Source of the DNA: an uncultured Anaerolineales bacterium
GTDB lineage: Bacteria; Chloroflexota; Anaerolineae; Anaerolineales; UBA11858
Assembly (NCBI GenBank): GCA_964458115.1
Contig: CAYWIC010000002.1
Coordinates: 5,936 to 69,935 of the forward strand
DNA: 64,000 nucleotides
Direction: 5' to 3'
Position numbers and translations under genes: made by a program
The notes under the pieces: generated by a model
What the model was told of the DNA's origin: nothing
Databases searched by the model: none
The model's input: only the letters and a program-made list of their open reading frames with translations
In this document: piece after piece, positions 1 through 9,783 of the stretch
Layout: each line of letters begins with the position of its first letter
Position numbering within the stretch: position 1 is the stretch's first letter

Positions 1-2
1 TA

Positions 3-770
3 AAGCTTAGCCAGGGCACGGTCAAACTGGCCAGTGTTGGCCGCATTACCTGTGTAACTGCTGAACCAACGAAGCATAAACACTCCCTGAACTATCGTCA
101 TGTATTGGATGGTTTATGGTATCCCGGCACATCGACGAAATATGCTTCCTCTGCATTCCGCTGGCTACGCGATGCCGTTTGGGACGCCGTAACTTTTGGT
201 GAAATGGATGAAAACGCAGCTCAAGTATCCCCAGGGTGCGATGGTCTAATTTTTCATCCTCATCTGCAAGGGGAGTGGGTTCCATATTGGGATAACCGCT
301 TGCGAGGGGATTTTCTTGGACTGACAGTGAGACATAACAGAGCGCATCTGACTCGGGCGGTGATGGAAGGTGTCGCTTTTGCTTTGCGTGCTGGTGTGGA
401 TTTTGCCAGCCGCATGGGGCTGAGTTTCAATATTATGTCCCTGATAGGACGCGGCAGTATCAGTAATATCTGGGCTCAGATAATTGCAGATACGCTCAAC
501 CGCACAATTCGAGTACCAGCTGAAAGAGATGCAGCGTATGGTACGGCTTTGATTACTGGAATGGGTGTCAATCTGTTCCCATCGGACCCCGCCGAATTAT
601 CAAAATTAATTATCTATGAAGAAGAAAGACAGCCACTACCCGCATCGGTAGCAATCTACAATGAACTTTACGAGATCTACCAGGATGCTGATTATCTCTT
701 GAAGACGATATCCCATCGCCTGAATGATTTTGATGAAAAGTACTCAACGGTTGGGGATTCCGCGAGGTAA
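3..770 (+). CDS. FGGY-family carbohydrate kinase (xylulokinase-like), 5'-truncated by window edge
   Basis: Frame is open from base 3 (KLSQGTVKLASVGRITC...). FGGY C-terminal motifs PHLQGEWVPYWD, RAVMEGVAFALR, AAYGTALITG. Confidence 0.85.
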   Translation, partial: KLSQGTVKLASVGRITCVTAEPTKHKHSLNYRHVLDGLWYPGTSTKYASSAFRWLRDAVWDAVTFGEMDENAAQVSPGCDGLIFHPHLQGEWVPYWDNRLRGDFLGLTVRHNRAHLTRAVMEGVAFALRAGVDFASRMGLSFNIMSLIGRGSISNIWAQIIADTLNRTIRVPAERDAAYGTALITGMGVNLFPSDPAELSKLIIYEEERQPLPASVAIYNELYEIYQDADYLLKTISHRLNDFDEKYSTVGDSAR

Positions 771-817
771 AGGTCGGATTTGGTGATTTCCCGCAACTAG
801 GAATATGTTTTGGAGGC

Positions 818-2275
818 ATGTACGTGAAAATTAGTGAGATGCAATTTCGGATGATACTCCATGAATTGATTGCCATCGTTGGGAAGGAGCATGTCATCAC
901 ACCAGAAGCCGACCGCACTGTCTACGGCGTGGATGTTTATTGGGCGCCGCGGTTGATGATTGACCGGGGAAAATTGCCTCCCCTCGGGGATGTGATCGTC
1001 CTCCCTGCAAATACTGAGCAAGTTTCGGCGATTGTAAAGCTGGCCAATATCTATCGTATTCCAGTGATTCCCTGGGGGGGCGGTTCTGGTTCTCAGGGCG
1101 GCATTATGCCCATGTATGGCGGCATCATGTTGGATTTAAAGCGCCTCAATCTGATTACTGAGATTAATGATATTGCTGGTACGGTCACAGCTCAGGCGGG
1201 CATAAATGGATATGAGTTAGAGAATGCCCTCAACGCAGCCGGTTGGACATTGCCGCACTACCCGGCTTCGGTTCATTCTGCAACCCTGGGTGGGTATCTG
1301 GCATGCCGGGGATCTGGTACCGTCTCGACGAAATACGGCAAGGCCGAGGATATGGTGCTTTCGATGCAAGTGGTTTTGCCCACTGGTGAAATTATTCAGA
1401 CCTTGCCGGTTCCCAATCATGCTGCTGGTCCTGGCATCTTGCAGTTGTTTGTAGGAGCCGAGGGCAGTTATGGCATCATCACCGAAGTTACCATGCGCCT
1501 GGAGCGCCTGCCAGAAGTGCGCCGCTTCCGCTCATTCTTGTTCCCAGATATGGGTGCCGGACTGGATGCCGGGCGCAATATCATGCTAGACCGCTTACAG
1601 CCCCTGGTGATCCGCCTATATGACGAGCGCGCCACCATCAAGACCGTGAAGCGTGTGCTCGGACAGGATGTCGATTCAGGTTCGTATATGGTGATTGGTT
1701 TCGACGGCTTTGAAGACATCGTTGATGCCCAGGAACGCCATGCTTTCGAGATCATTGATCGCTATGGTGCAGAAGATCTGGGGGCCGAGGCCGGCCGAAA
1801 TTGGTGGGAACACCGCTACGATTTCTACTTCCCACCCAAGGTTTTAGATTTCCCCTGGATGTTCGGCACCCTGGACACTGTGGCCACCTTTGACAAGTTG
1901 GAACCACTCTACTGGGCCAAGAAGGAAGCCCTGGAAGAGGCCTATAAAGAATGGGATCTGTTTTACTACGCTCATTTTTCGCATTGGTATTTGTGGGGAG
2001 TGATGGCCTACGACCGCTTCATTATCGAGAAGCCTCCCGAAAATCCCGACGAAGCGCTGGCCTTACATGATGAAGTCTGGAACCTGGCCGTAAAGGTCAA
2101 CCTGGAATATGGTGGTGTGATCAACGAGCATCATGGCGTGGGATTGAAACTGTCCCGCCATGTACGGGAACAGTTTGGTGCTTCATTCCAGGTTCTCGAA
2201 GGATTGAAAAATACCCTCGATCCCTACCATTTGATGAATCCTGGCAAGATGGGTTTTGGGCCTCCGCGATTATAA
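818..2275 (+). CDS. FAD-binding oxidoreductase (GlcD / alkyl-DHAP-synthase-like, FAD-linked oxidase family)
   Basis: PWGGGSGSQGG FAD loop, HYPASVHSATLGGYLA, GAEGSYGIITE, C-terminal NEHHGVG and MNPGK. Confidence 0.88.
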   Translation: MYVKISEMQFRMILHELIAIVGKEHVITPEADRTVYGVDVYWAPRLMIDRGKLPPLGDVIVLPANTEQVSAIVKLANIYRIPVIPWGGGSGSQGGIMPMYGGIMLDLKRLNLITEINDIAGTVTAQAGINGYELENALNAAGWTLPHYPASVHSATLGGYLACRGSGTVSTKYGKAEDMVLSMQVVLPTGEIIQTLPVPNHAAGPGILQLFVGAEGSYGIITEVTMRLERLPEVRRFRSFLFPDMGAGLDAGRNIMLDRLQPLVIRLYDERATIKTVKRVLGQDVDSGSYMVIGFDGFEDIVDAQERHAFEIIDRYGAEDLGAEAGRNWWEHRYDFYFPPKVLDFPWMFGTLDTVATFDKLEPLYWAKKEALEEAYKEWDLFYYAHFSHWYLWGVMAYDRFIIEKPPENPDEALALHDEVWNLAVKVNLEYGGVINEHHGVGLKLSRHVREQFGASFQVLEGLKNTLDPYHLMNPGKMGFGPPRL

Positions 2276-2285
2276 CGGTGTAATC

Positions 2286-3389
2286 ATGAGTCGATTATTA
2301 GAACATCAACAAGCCTTATATGAACTACGCTTCTCACCGATGTGCAGACCGGCCGCCGAAGTAGCCAACTTCACGCAGCTAGAGAGCCACTCTGTGCGCT
2401 CCCGCACGATGATCATGTGGCGAGTTTGCGCCGGCCACCTGACATGGGGGCCGCGTGAAGTGGAGCTTCTTTATGAATCCACATTGGACAGCATCAGCGA
2501 AGCCTTCGATGTATTCCATTACCCCGTTAGCCAGTATATGCTGGACGCCCGGGCGGATGTTTGGGAAGCGGGGTTGGCCCCACAGAATGTAAAGGATGTC
2601 GTAAGCAGCGCATCCGAGAAATCGGTTGACGCGCTACCCAAAGCCAGCGCAGATGTGCTGCTGCTGGGCGGTGAGATCGCCCAAGCGGAAGGGGCTGACT
2701 TTTCGGAGACGCTCACTAATAAATTGCCTGATATTCCTCTTTGGGTTACCCCAAGCGGCGTGCTGCCTTATGTCCTGGGCGCTCAAGATATCGCCAGGGC
2801 GCAGGCCGAGGTGATCGTAAATGGCATCCAGGAATCGGGTGCCAAAACGGTCATCGCCGATGGACCTGAAACCGCCTGGGGATTGACGAAAGTATTTCCC
2901 ACGCTAGGTGTTGACCTGCCCAATGGCGTGCAAGTGCAATTGCTATCGGACTATCTTGAGAAGAATGTGGAGGTCAAGAGTAAAGGTACTGTCAAAACGA
3001 TGGTGCATGACAGCCGTCCGGCTTGTCTGATTGCCGATGAACTGCCCAATCACCTGGCCGTGATGCCTGGCTATCTTGAAGATGAAGCTGTGTTTGGCAA
3101 GGGTCTGGTTTTCGACGCTCCCCGGCAGATCGTTGATGCCCTGGGTGGGGAAAGGGTGTATGGTGCCTGGACGCGTTGTCTGGCGAAAACTTGCGGCGCG
3201 GATGACGGGTTATGGCTGACTTATCCTGACCTGGCCAAGGGCTTAGCCTGGCAGCGGTTGGCTTATGCCAAAGAGCTGGGGGCCGAGAAGATCGTCGCCG
3301 ATTCGCCATTGTGCGCGGCATATTTGTCTGCTCAGGCTGGTGAAGATGATCCCGCAGTTTATTGGCTGCCAGAATTGGTTTTGGCATAG
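2286..3389 (+). CDS. GlcF/HdrD-like (Fe-S)-binding/CCG-domain protein with most Cys ligands substituted
   Basis: Degenerate ferredoxin motifs (LRFSPMCRPAAE; YESTLDSISEAFD) and CCG remnants (HDSRPAC, KTCGADDG, ADSPLC). Directly follows the FAD oxidase. Confidence 0.7.
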   Translation: MSRLLEHQQALYELRFSPMCRPAAEVANFTQLESHSVRSRTMIMWRVCAGHLTWGPREVELLYESTLDSISEAFDVFHYPVSQYMLDARADVWEAGLAPQNVKDVVSSASEKSVDALPKASADVLLLGGEIAQAEGADFSETLTNKLPDIPLWVTPSGVLPYVLGAQDIARAQAEVIVNGIQESGAKTVIADGPETAWGLTKVFPTLGVDLPNGVQVQLLSDYLEKNVEVKSKGTVKTMVHDSRPACLIADELPNHLAVMPGYLEDEAVFGKGLVFDAPRQIVDALGGERVYGAWTRCLAKTCGADDGLWLTYPDLAKGLAWQRLAYAKELGAEKIVADSPLCAAYLSAQAGEDDPAVYWLPELVLA

Positions 3390-3504
3390 GAGTCTTTTGT
3401 GAAGGCTTTGAGAATTCTTGGTCCCGGACAAATGGCCTGGCAAGATTGGCCCGAACCTCAATAAATTCAGAGCATCTAAGCAGTCTTGACTATTGGAGAA
3501 GTAG

Positions 3505-4416
3505 ATGGCTGAAACAAGAAGCAAAAAGATAACCGATCGCAGTGGCCGGTCGTATACGTTGACATATGAAGAGATCAAGCATTGGGAGTACCAGAGCGAG
3601 TCTACCCGCCGGGTTTTACTAGACACTTTGCATCGCTACGGGCGCGGTCACTCTGGCCCTTCATTATCGTTGATAGAAATATTAACCACGCTGTACCATA
3701 AGGAATTACGTTTAGATCCATTGTTCCCTAAGTGGGAAGATCGTGATCGCTTCATCCTCTCGAAGGGGCACGGCGCTTTGGGGTTTTATTGTTCCCTGGC
3801 GCAGCGCGGACTGATTCCCATGGAAGAGTTGGCCACCTTTGAATCCCTGGGCAGCCGCTTGCAAGGGCATGTCGATTCGATCTGGCTGCCCTGGGTGGAA
3901 CTGACTACCGGCTCGCTGGGGCAGGGTTTGTCGGTTGGCTTGGGTGTAGCCCTGGGGGCTAAGAAGCTGGAGAAAGATATTCGAGCTTATGTCGTCATCG
4001 GCGATGGCGAATCCGAGGAAGGTAATATCTGGGAAGCTGCCATGGCGGCCGCGAAATTCGAGGCCGATAATTTATGCTGCATTGTGGATTTCAACGCTCT
4101 TCAGGGTGGTGTCACCTTGGAAGTGATGCCCAGTTTGGAGCCATTTGCCGATAAATGGAAGGCCTTTGGCTGGCACGTCATCGACATCCCCGGCCATGAT
4201 ATCGAGGCCCTGTTGTGCGCATATCATGAAGCCCGTCAGTCAAAAGGCAAACCGACGGTGATTATCGCCCGTACCGTCAAGGGCAAGGGGGTCTCTTATA
4301 TGGAAAACAAAGTCGAATGGCATGGCGGCACGGTTTCCAAGCCATTATATGAGCAGGCCATCGCAGAGATCGATAGTCGCCTGAGTGCATTGCGCGATTA
4401 CGCGGTCTGGAATTGA
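3505..4416 (+). CDS. Transketolase, N-terminal (ThDP-binding) subunit
   Basis: RFILSKGH, LQGH, GSLGQG, ThDP motif GDGE...N. Confidence 0.93.
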   Translation: MAETRSKKITDRSGRSYTLTYEEIKHWEYQSESTRRVLLDTLHRYGRGHSGPSLSLIEILTTLYHKELRLDPLFPKWEDRDRFILSKGHGALGFYCSLAQRGLIPMEELATFESLGSRLQGHVDSIWLPWVELTTGSLGQGLSVGLGVALGAKKLEKDIRAYVVIGDGESEEGNIWEAAMAAAKFEADNLCCIVDFNALQGGVTLEVMPSLEPFADKWKAFGWHVIDIPGHDIEALLCAYHEARQSKGKPTVIIARTVKGKGVSYMENKVEWHGGTVSKPLYEQAIAEIDSRLSALRDYAVWN

Positions 4417-4427
4417 GGAGACTGGTA

Positions 4428-5384
4428 GTGGATTGGGAATATTCATCCTTACGGGAAGCATTGGGTAAGACGTTGCTAGAGTTGGGCGGCGAAGTGGACA
4501 AAATGTTGGTGATCAACGCCGACCTGCGAAACTCTGTCAAGACGGTCTATTTCATGAACGCCTACCCGGAGCGCACCATAGAAGTGGGCATTGCCGAGCA
4601 GAATATGGTCGGCGTGGCAACGGGGCTTTCGATGATGGGGTTCATCCCCTTTTGCGTGACCTTCGCCCGTTTCGCCAGCAAACGTGCTGCCGACCAGATT
4701 TCGATGTGCGTGGATTATTGTCAGAATAATGTGCGTATCATCGGGGCTTATGCCGGCATCTTCACTGGCATGCAGGGCGTCAGCCAGCAGATGATCGATG
4801 ATACCGCCGCAATGCGGGCAATGCCCAATATGACCGTCATCGATACGGCCGATGCCATCGAGACGCGCGCCGTGCTGCGCTATGCCGTTGAGCACGTCGG
4901 CCCGCTCTATATCCGTGTTGGCCGGGACGAATGGCCTGTGGTCTTTGATGAGAACTATAAATTCGAGTTGGGAAAGGGGCAGTGGGTGCGCGAGGGAGGC
5001 GATGTTGTACTGATGAACTCCGGCGTGCTCTTACCTTATGCCGTTGAAGCTGCAGAAAATCTAAAGGCGGAGGGCATCGACGCAGGCGTGATAAATATGC
5101 CGACTGTCAAACCCATCGATGTAGAAATGATCAATGAAGTTTGCCGGAATGTGGGCGCTATCGTGACCCTTGAAAATCACAACGTCCAGGGCGGCTTTGG
5201 CAGTGCCGTGGCTGAAGTCGCGGCCCAAAATTACCCCACACCGATGGAATATATTGGTATTCGGAATGAATACAGCGAGTCAGCTCCAAATGATGAGTTG
5301 GCAGAAAAACATAAATTGACTGCACCGCATGTTGCTGAAGCAGCCAGGAAAGTACTTCAAAGGAAAATTGGGTTTCCAAGGTAG
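4428..5384 (+). CDS. Transketolase, C-terminal (pyrimidine-binding + C-terminal) subunit
   Basis: EVGIAEQNMVG, AMRAMPNMTV, GPLYIR, TVKPID, ENHNVQGGFG. GTG start follows GAGGAG RBS at 4415-4420. Confidence 0.92.
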   Translation: MDWEYSSLREALGKTLLELGGEVDKMLVINADLRNSVKTVYFMNAYPERTIEVGIAEQNMVGVATGLSMMGFIPFCVTFARFASKRAADQISMCVDYCQNNVRIIGAYAGIFTGMQGVSQQMIDDTAAMRAMPNMTVIDTADAIETRAVLRYAVEHVGPLYIRVGRDEWPVVFDENYKFELGKGQWVREGGDVVLMNSGVLLPYAVEAAENLKAEGIDAGVINMPTVKPIDVEMINEVCRNVGAIVTLENHNVQGGFGSAVAEVAAQNYPTPMEYIGIRNEYSESAPNDELAEKHKLTAPHVAEAARKVLQRKIGFPR

Positions 5385-5554
5385 AGAGCCTGGGTGCCTA
5401 CGGATGAGCACCGATGGAAAGGGAGATACCACTAAACTAGGTCAAGTGGTATCTCCCGGGGGCAGTAGGAGCCATCCAGAGCCGATTGTAATAATCGGAA
5501 TTCAGGCCGACCTACCCCAAGATTATAAACCATTCAAGAGTTCTTGGAGAGATA

Positions 5555-6439
5555 ATGACGGAAATTAGTATGACCAGGCAATCTTCAAAACTGAGCATGA
5601 CCACAGCAGGTGTGCTGAAACGTATCCGCCGGATTGTCGCATATCTGATGGTGATCATTGTGGTCGGATCGATGGCTTTCCCTCTGATATGGATGGTGCT
5701 TTCATCGTTCAAGCCAGAACGTGAACTCTTGGGATATCCGCCAACATTTATTCCAAACGAATGGAGCCTGGCCGCTTATCAGGCATTATTCAAAACAGAT
5801 TTCAAAATATGGTTCCAAAATAGCTTGTTGGTTTCTGTTGTAGCGACGTTTACGGCAGTGCTTATCTCTGCGTTTGGAGCCTATGTATTATCGCGGGCAC
5901 GTTATCGCTTCGTAGATTGGTTTTCCAGAATTGTTCTTTTTACCTATCTCTTACCCACCATTCTTTTGATCATTCCAATATTCAGGATCGTTATCACGCT
6001 CAATCTGGCCAATTCCTTGGGTGGGTTGATCGTTGTTTACAATTCCATTTTGCTCCCCTATGGTTTGTGGACGTTACGCTCCTATTTTGCGGGCGTCCCT
6101 CATGAAATTGAAGAATCAGCCTTAATTGATGGAGCCACGCGTTTTCAAGCTTTCTATAAGGTTGTTCTTCCTCAAGCGCTTCCAGGTTTGATTGCTACGG
6201 CACTCTTTGCTTTCAATGTTTGTTGGAATGAGTATCTCTTCGCTGTCATCCTGATAGGCAGCGGAAAGAAGTGGACATTAAATCCAGGTATTCAATCATT
6301 AGTGGGAGCATTATCGGATCAGTCTATGACGGTTGTCATGGCTGCATCAACATTGGCTACTGTTCCAGTTATCCTGCTCTTTTCGATTCTACAGAGATAT
6401 TGGGTAGCTGGTTGGGGCAGTGGAGCTGTAAAAGGCTAA
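5555..6439 (+). CDS. Carbohydrate ABC transporter permease (MalG-like)
   Basis: Multiple TM segments, EAA loop EIEESALIDGA, WNEYLFA. Confidence 0.93.
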   Translation: MTEISMTRQSSKLSMTTAGVLKRIRRIVAYLMVIIVVGSMAFPLIWMVLSSFKPERELLGYPPTFIPNEWSLAAYQALFKTDFKIWFQNSLLVSVVATFTAVLISAFGAYVLSRARYRFVDWFSRIVLFTYLLPTILLIIPIFRIVITLNLANSLGGLIVVYNSILLPYGLWTLRSYFAGVPHEIEESALIDGATRFQAFYKVVLPQALPGLIATALFAFNVCWNEYLFAVILIGSGKKWTLNPGIQSLVGALSDQSMTVVMAASTLATVPVILLFSILQRYWVAGWGSGAVKG

Positions 6440-6550
6440 TGAAAACTTCATTTTTGAGTTTTCCCTCTTGAAAGGAGGTGTAGAGTATCCAGAGTCGATT
6501 GGTTAGTCCTGACGAGTTTTGAACACAATTCTAATGATAAGGAGTAGAAA

Positions 6551-7951
6551 ATGAATTTCCGAAAAAAATTCTCAATGGTTGCAATTTTGCTTGTGCTGTC
6601 GATGGCACTTTCCGCGTTTGCACCTATGGCTGAAGATCCCGATGGGCCAATCGTCATCCCATTCATTACACAGGAAACCGATGCCGCATCAATTGCCGTC
6701 TATCAGACCATCATCAAGCAATACCAGACTGACAATCCTGGAATAGTGATCGACCTGGTCGTCACCAGTGACCCTGACACGATGGGCGAGCGCATGATCG
6801 CAGCTGCTGCTGTCGGTGCTGATATGGGCATTGTCTCCATCAATGCAGCCCAATTCCAGGAGTTCTACGATGCTGGTCTCCTTTTAGCCCTCGATCCTGT
6901 AATCGAAAGTATTGGTGAAGAAAATTTCATTCCTGGATCGCTGGTTTATGGCAGTGATGAAAGTGTATATATGATGGGCTACAACGGTGGCGCATACGGC
7001 GTTCTGTGGGTCAACACCGAGATGCTTGATGCAGCCGGATTAGCTCTCCCCTCCTCCTATGAAGAAATTCTGGCCGCGGCTGAAGCCATGACCGTAGATA
7101 CCGATGGCGATGGTGAAATCGATCAATATGGTATCGCCCTGCCCGCTCAGGCGCATGCCATGACCGGCTATGTGCTCATGGATATGATGTACGAAAATTG
7201 TGCCGGTTTCTTCAACGGCCAGGGTGAGGTGATCTTCGACCATCCCAATACTTTGGAAGCTATTCAACGCTATTCAGATTTGCTGCAATTCGCTCCTGAG
7301 GCTGCCAGTGCATGGGCCTGGGGCGATGTGATCAATGCCGTGATCGGTGAGCAGGCTGCCATGGGCTGGTACTATGGACGCCTTGGTGTGAATGCCTTCA
7401 ATGCAGATCCAGCGATACGCGACAAGTTAACCCCGATCCATTTCTATGCTGGCCCGAATTATTCGAGCTTCCAGGGATGGGATTATTTCGAGGTATACAG
7501 CGGTGTGAAGCATCCTGCCGAAACCCTAGATTTCTTGACGTACTTGATGCAGGGTCAACCCATGGTTGATTTCTTGCTGACTGTCCCCGGTCACCTGGCT
7601 GCGGCAACCTACGGTTTGGATGATGCCATTCTGGCTTCTGAGAACGAATATGTCCAGCGCTACCCGGATGACGTTCTCTTCCTGTTCGGCGAAATGGGTT
7701 ACGGAGCGAATGCATCCGTCCAGATGGGTGCCATGGATCCGTCTTCCTGTGAGATGGATTTCAGTCTGAATACGATGCCTTGGAGTTCTGCCGTGTTTGG
7801 CGCAGACAACATCCCAGGTGCCGTAATCCATCAGGTCTTCATGGGCGAAATGACTCCTGAAGAAGCCTGGAAATGGGGCGCAGAACAGTTGAAAGCTGTC
7901 TCCGATGAATGGAAAGCCGACAATCCGGATTGGGTTCCCCCCGAAGGATAA
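6551..7951 (+). CDS. Sugar ABC transporter substrate-binding protein (family 1)
   Basis: Signal peptide, LWVNTEML..AGL..P.SYEE, DTDGDGEIDQYG motif. Located between two permeases. Confidence 0.88.
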   Translation: MNFRKKFSMVAILLVLSMALSAFAPMAEDPDGPIVIPFITQETDAASIAVYQTIIKQYQTDNPGIVIDLVVTSDPDTMGERMIAAAAVGADMGIVSINAAQFQEFYDAGLLLALDPVIESIGEENFIPGSLVYGSDESVYMMGYNGGAYGVLWVNTEMLDAAGLALPSSYEEILAAAEAMTVDTDGDGEIDQYGIALPAQAHAMTGYVLMDMMYENCAGFFNGQGEVIFDHPNTLEAIQRYSDLLQFAPEAASAWAWGDVINAVIGEQAAMGWYYGRLGVNAFNADPAIRDKLTPIHFYAGPNYSSFQGWDYFEVYSGVKHPAETLDFLTYLMQGQPMVDFLLTVPGHLAAATYGLDDAILASENEYVQRYPDDVLFLFGEMGYGANASVQMGAMDPSSCEMDFSLNTMPWSSAVFGADNIPGAVIHQVFMGEMTPEEAWKWGAEQLKAVSDEWKADNPDWVPPEG

Positions 7952-7970
7952 GTCAAGGCTTCACGAGAGT

Positions 7971-7999
7971 TGAGGGAGATCAAATCTTGATCTCCCTCA
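7971..7999 (+). terminator. Stem-loop after SBP gene (terminator or mRNA-stabilising hairpin)
   Basis: TGAGGGAGATCA-aatct-TGATCTCCCTCA, a perfect 12-bp stem with no strong U-tract. Confidence 0.6.
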
Positions 8000-8087
8000 T
8001 CCTATTATCGCTATTGTAGTGAGGAGATAACTACTCAGTACTTCAGAGTATTCTCATCAAAACTGATTTGCTTCTTGAGGAGTTTGA

Positions 8088-8984
8088 ATGAAGCTAACCC
8101 GCAAACAACAAGATTTACTATTTGTTGTCCTGATGATTTCCCCGGCTGTAATCACCCTTGTGGCCCTGAATGTTTATCCCTTATATGCTGCCCTGGAGAG
8201 TAGCTTCTATAAAATCCATCCGGTTACACGTGAAATGAGCTGGAAAGGCCTAGCAAATTTTCAGAAATATATTGTCAACCTTGATTTCTGGAAGGCAGTC
8301 TGGCGCTCTGCATTGTGGACGGTTGGTGGCGTATCTTTGCAAATAATCGCCGGAATTGCCATTTCTCTTTTATTGCATACCGAATTTAAAGGAAGATCAA
8401 TTGCGCGTGCAGTTGTCTTATGGCCTTATGTTGTCCCAACTGTGGTTGCAGCGGTTCAGTGGCGCTCGATGCTAAACCCGTTGACTGGCATTATAAATTA
8501 TATTTTCCATGATCAACTTGAGATTCTTCCGGATATCAACTGGTTAGGCGATTCGGATTATGCGATGTGGGCCGTTATTGGCATGGGAGCTTGGAAACTG
8601 GTACCCTTTATGATCATCATGTTCCTGGCGCGTTTGCAAACCACTTCTCCGGAGCTTTATGATGCTGCCAAGATCGATGGTGCTAATCCCTGGCAAGAAT
8701 TCTGGCATATCACAATCCCTTGGCTGCGTCCGACGATCCTTGTGGCAGCATTGCTGCGCACGATGTGGCTTTTTAAAGACTTCGACATGATCTACCTGAT
8801 GACCCAAGGCGGTCCATTAGCTTCCACCCGAACACTCCCGTTGCTGATCTTCTTTGCTGCCTTTGATAAGCGCAAGATGGGTGAAGCGGCTGCTATTAGC
8901 ATAATGATGTTGGTGCTAATCTTGCCGCTGGCTTTTTTCATCATGCGCTATTACAAAAAATCGGAAGATCAGATTACACTTTAG
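8088..8984 (+). CDS. Carbohydrate ABC transporter permease (MalF/UgpA-like)
   Basis: EAA loop ELYDAAKIDGA, FDMIYLMTQGGP, TM segments. Confidence 0.93.
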   Translation: MKLTRKQQDLLFVVLMISPAVITLVALNVYPLYAALESSFYKIHPVTREMSWKGLANFQKYIVNLDFWKAVWRSALWTVGGVSLQIIAGIAISLLLHTEFKGRSIARAVVLWPYVVPTVVAAVQWRSMLNPLTGIINYIFHDQLEILPDINWLGDSDYAMWAVIGMGAWKLVPFMIIMFLARLQTTSPELYDAAKIDGANPWQEFWHITIPWLRPTILVAALLRTMWLFKDFDMIYLMTQGGPLASTRTLPLLIFFAAFDKRKMGEAAAISIMMLVLILPLAFFIMRYYKKSEDQITL

Positions 8985-8992
8985 TTGAAGAG

Positions 8993-9733
8993 ATGACGAT
9001 CATCGACACCCACTGCCATTTTGGGACATCTATCCTTTCTGATTTGAATATTACCAGAGAAGATTTGGTGAATTCCATGAACGAATTTGGGGTTCATCTT
9101 GCTTTGGTGATGCCTCATGCTGTTAGTGATGATCCTGTTTTCGAACATGACCGAGTTGCCGACCTGTGTAGCCAATATCCAAAACGCTTTCGCGGCATTG
9201 TCAATCTGACTCCCTTGTGGGGTGAAGACAAGTATTATGTAGAAGCTCAACGTTGCGTAAAAGAACTGGGCTTTGTGGCGATAAAGCTAAACCCCATGCA
9301 GCACCTGGCATCGCCAATCATGAAGAATGCCCACAAGGTTTTTTCAACTGCGTCCGCCTTGGGTGTGCCGGTGATCGTTCATACCGGCCTGGGGGTACCC
9401 TGGGCTTTGCCGAGTTTGTGCATCCCGCCAGCAAGGCAGTTTTCAGACACCCCAATTATTCTTGCTCACGCAGGTTACGGAGTCTACACAGCGGAGGCCT
9501 ATGTGGCTGCCAGCGTCTGTGAGAATATTTATCTGGAGCCCTCCTGGTGTACAGTAGAAGACCTGAAAATGTTGACCAACAAAGTGGGCGCGCAGCGCAT
9601 CATGTTGGGCTCCGATGTGCCTGCTAATCTGCCAGTGGAACTGGCAAAATATCGCGCCGCTAATCTATCTGATACCGAACTAGAAAATTGTTTCTGGAAG
9701 ACCGCAAACCGGATGTTTCAACTCAATTGGTAG
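8993..9733 (+). CDS. Amidohydrolase_2 family TIM-barrel metallohydrolase (possible lactonase/decarboxylase)
   Basis: IDTHCH (HxH), VHTG, LAHAG, GSDVP. Confidence 0.85.
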   Translation: MTIIDTHCHFGTSILSDLNITREDLVNSMNEFGVHLALVMPHAVSDDPVFEHDRVADLCSQYPKRFRGIVNLTPLWGEDKYYVEAQRCVKELGFVAIKLNPMQHLASPIMKNAHKVFSTASALGVPVIVHTGLGVPWALPSLCIPPARQFSDTPIILAHAGYGVYTAEAYVAASVCENIYLEPSWCTVEDLKMLTNKVGAQRIMLGSDVPANLPVELAKYRAANLSDTELENCFWKTANRMFQLNW

Positions 9734-9783
9734 CAGTAGTCCAAAATATCCGCTAAGAAGAAAAATAATTGTAGGAGCAAATA

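Noticed and set aside
7095-7130. DTDGDGEID EF-hand-like motif in the SBP as novel
   Set aside because: Dx[DN]xDG calcium loops are common in sugar-binding proteins.
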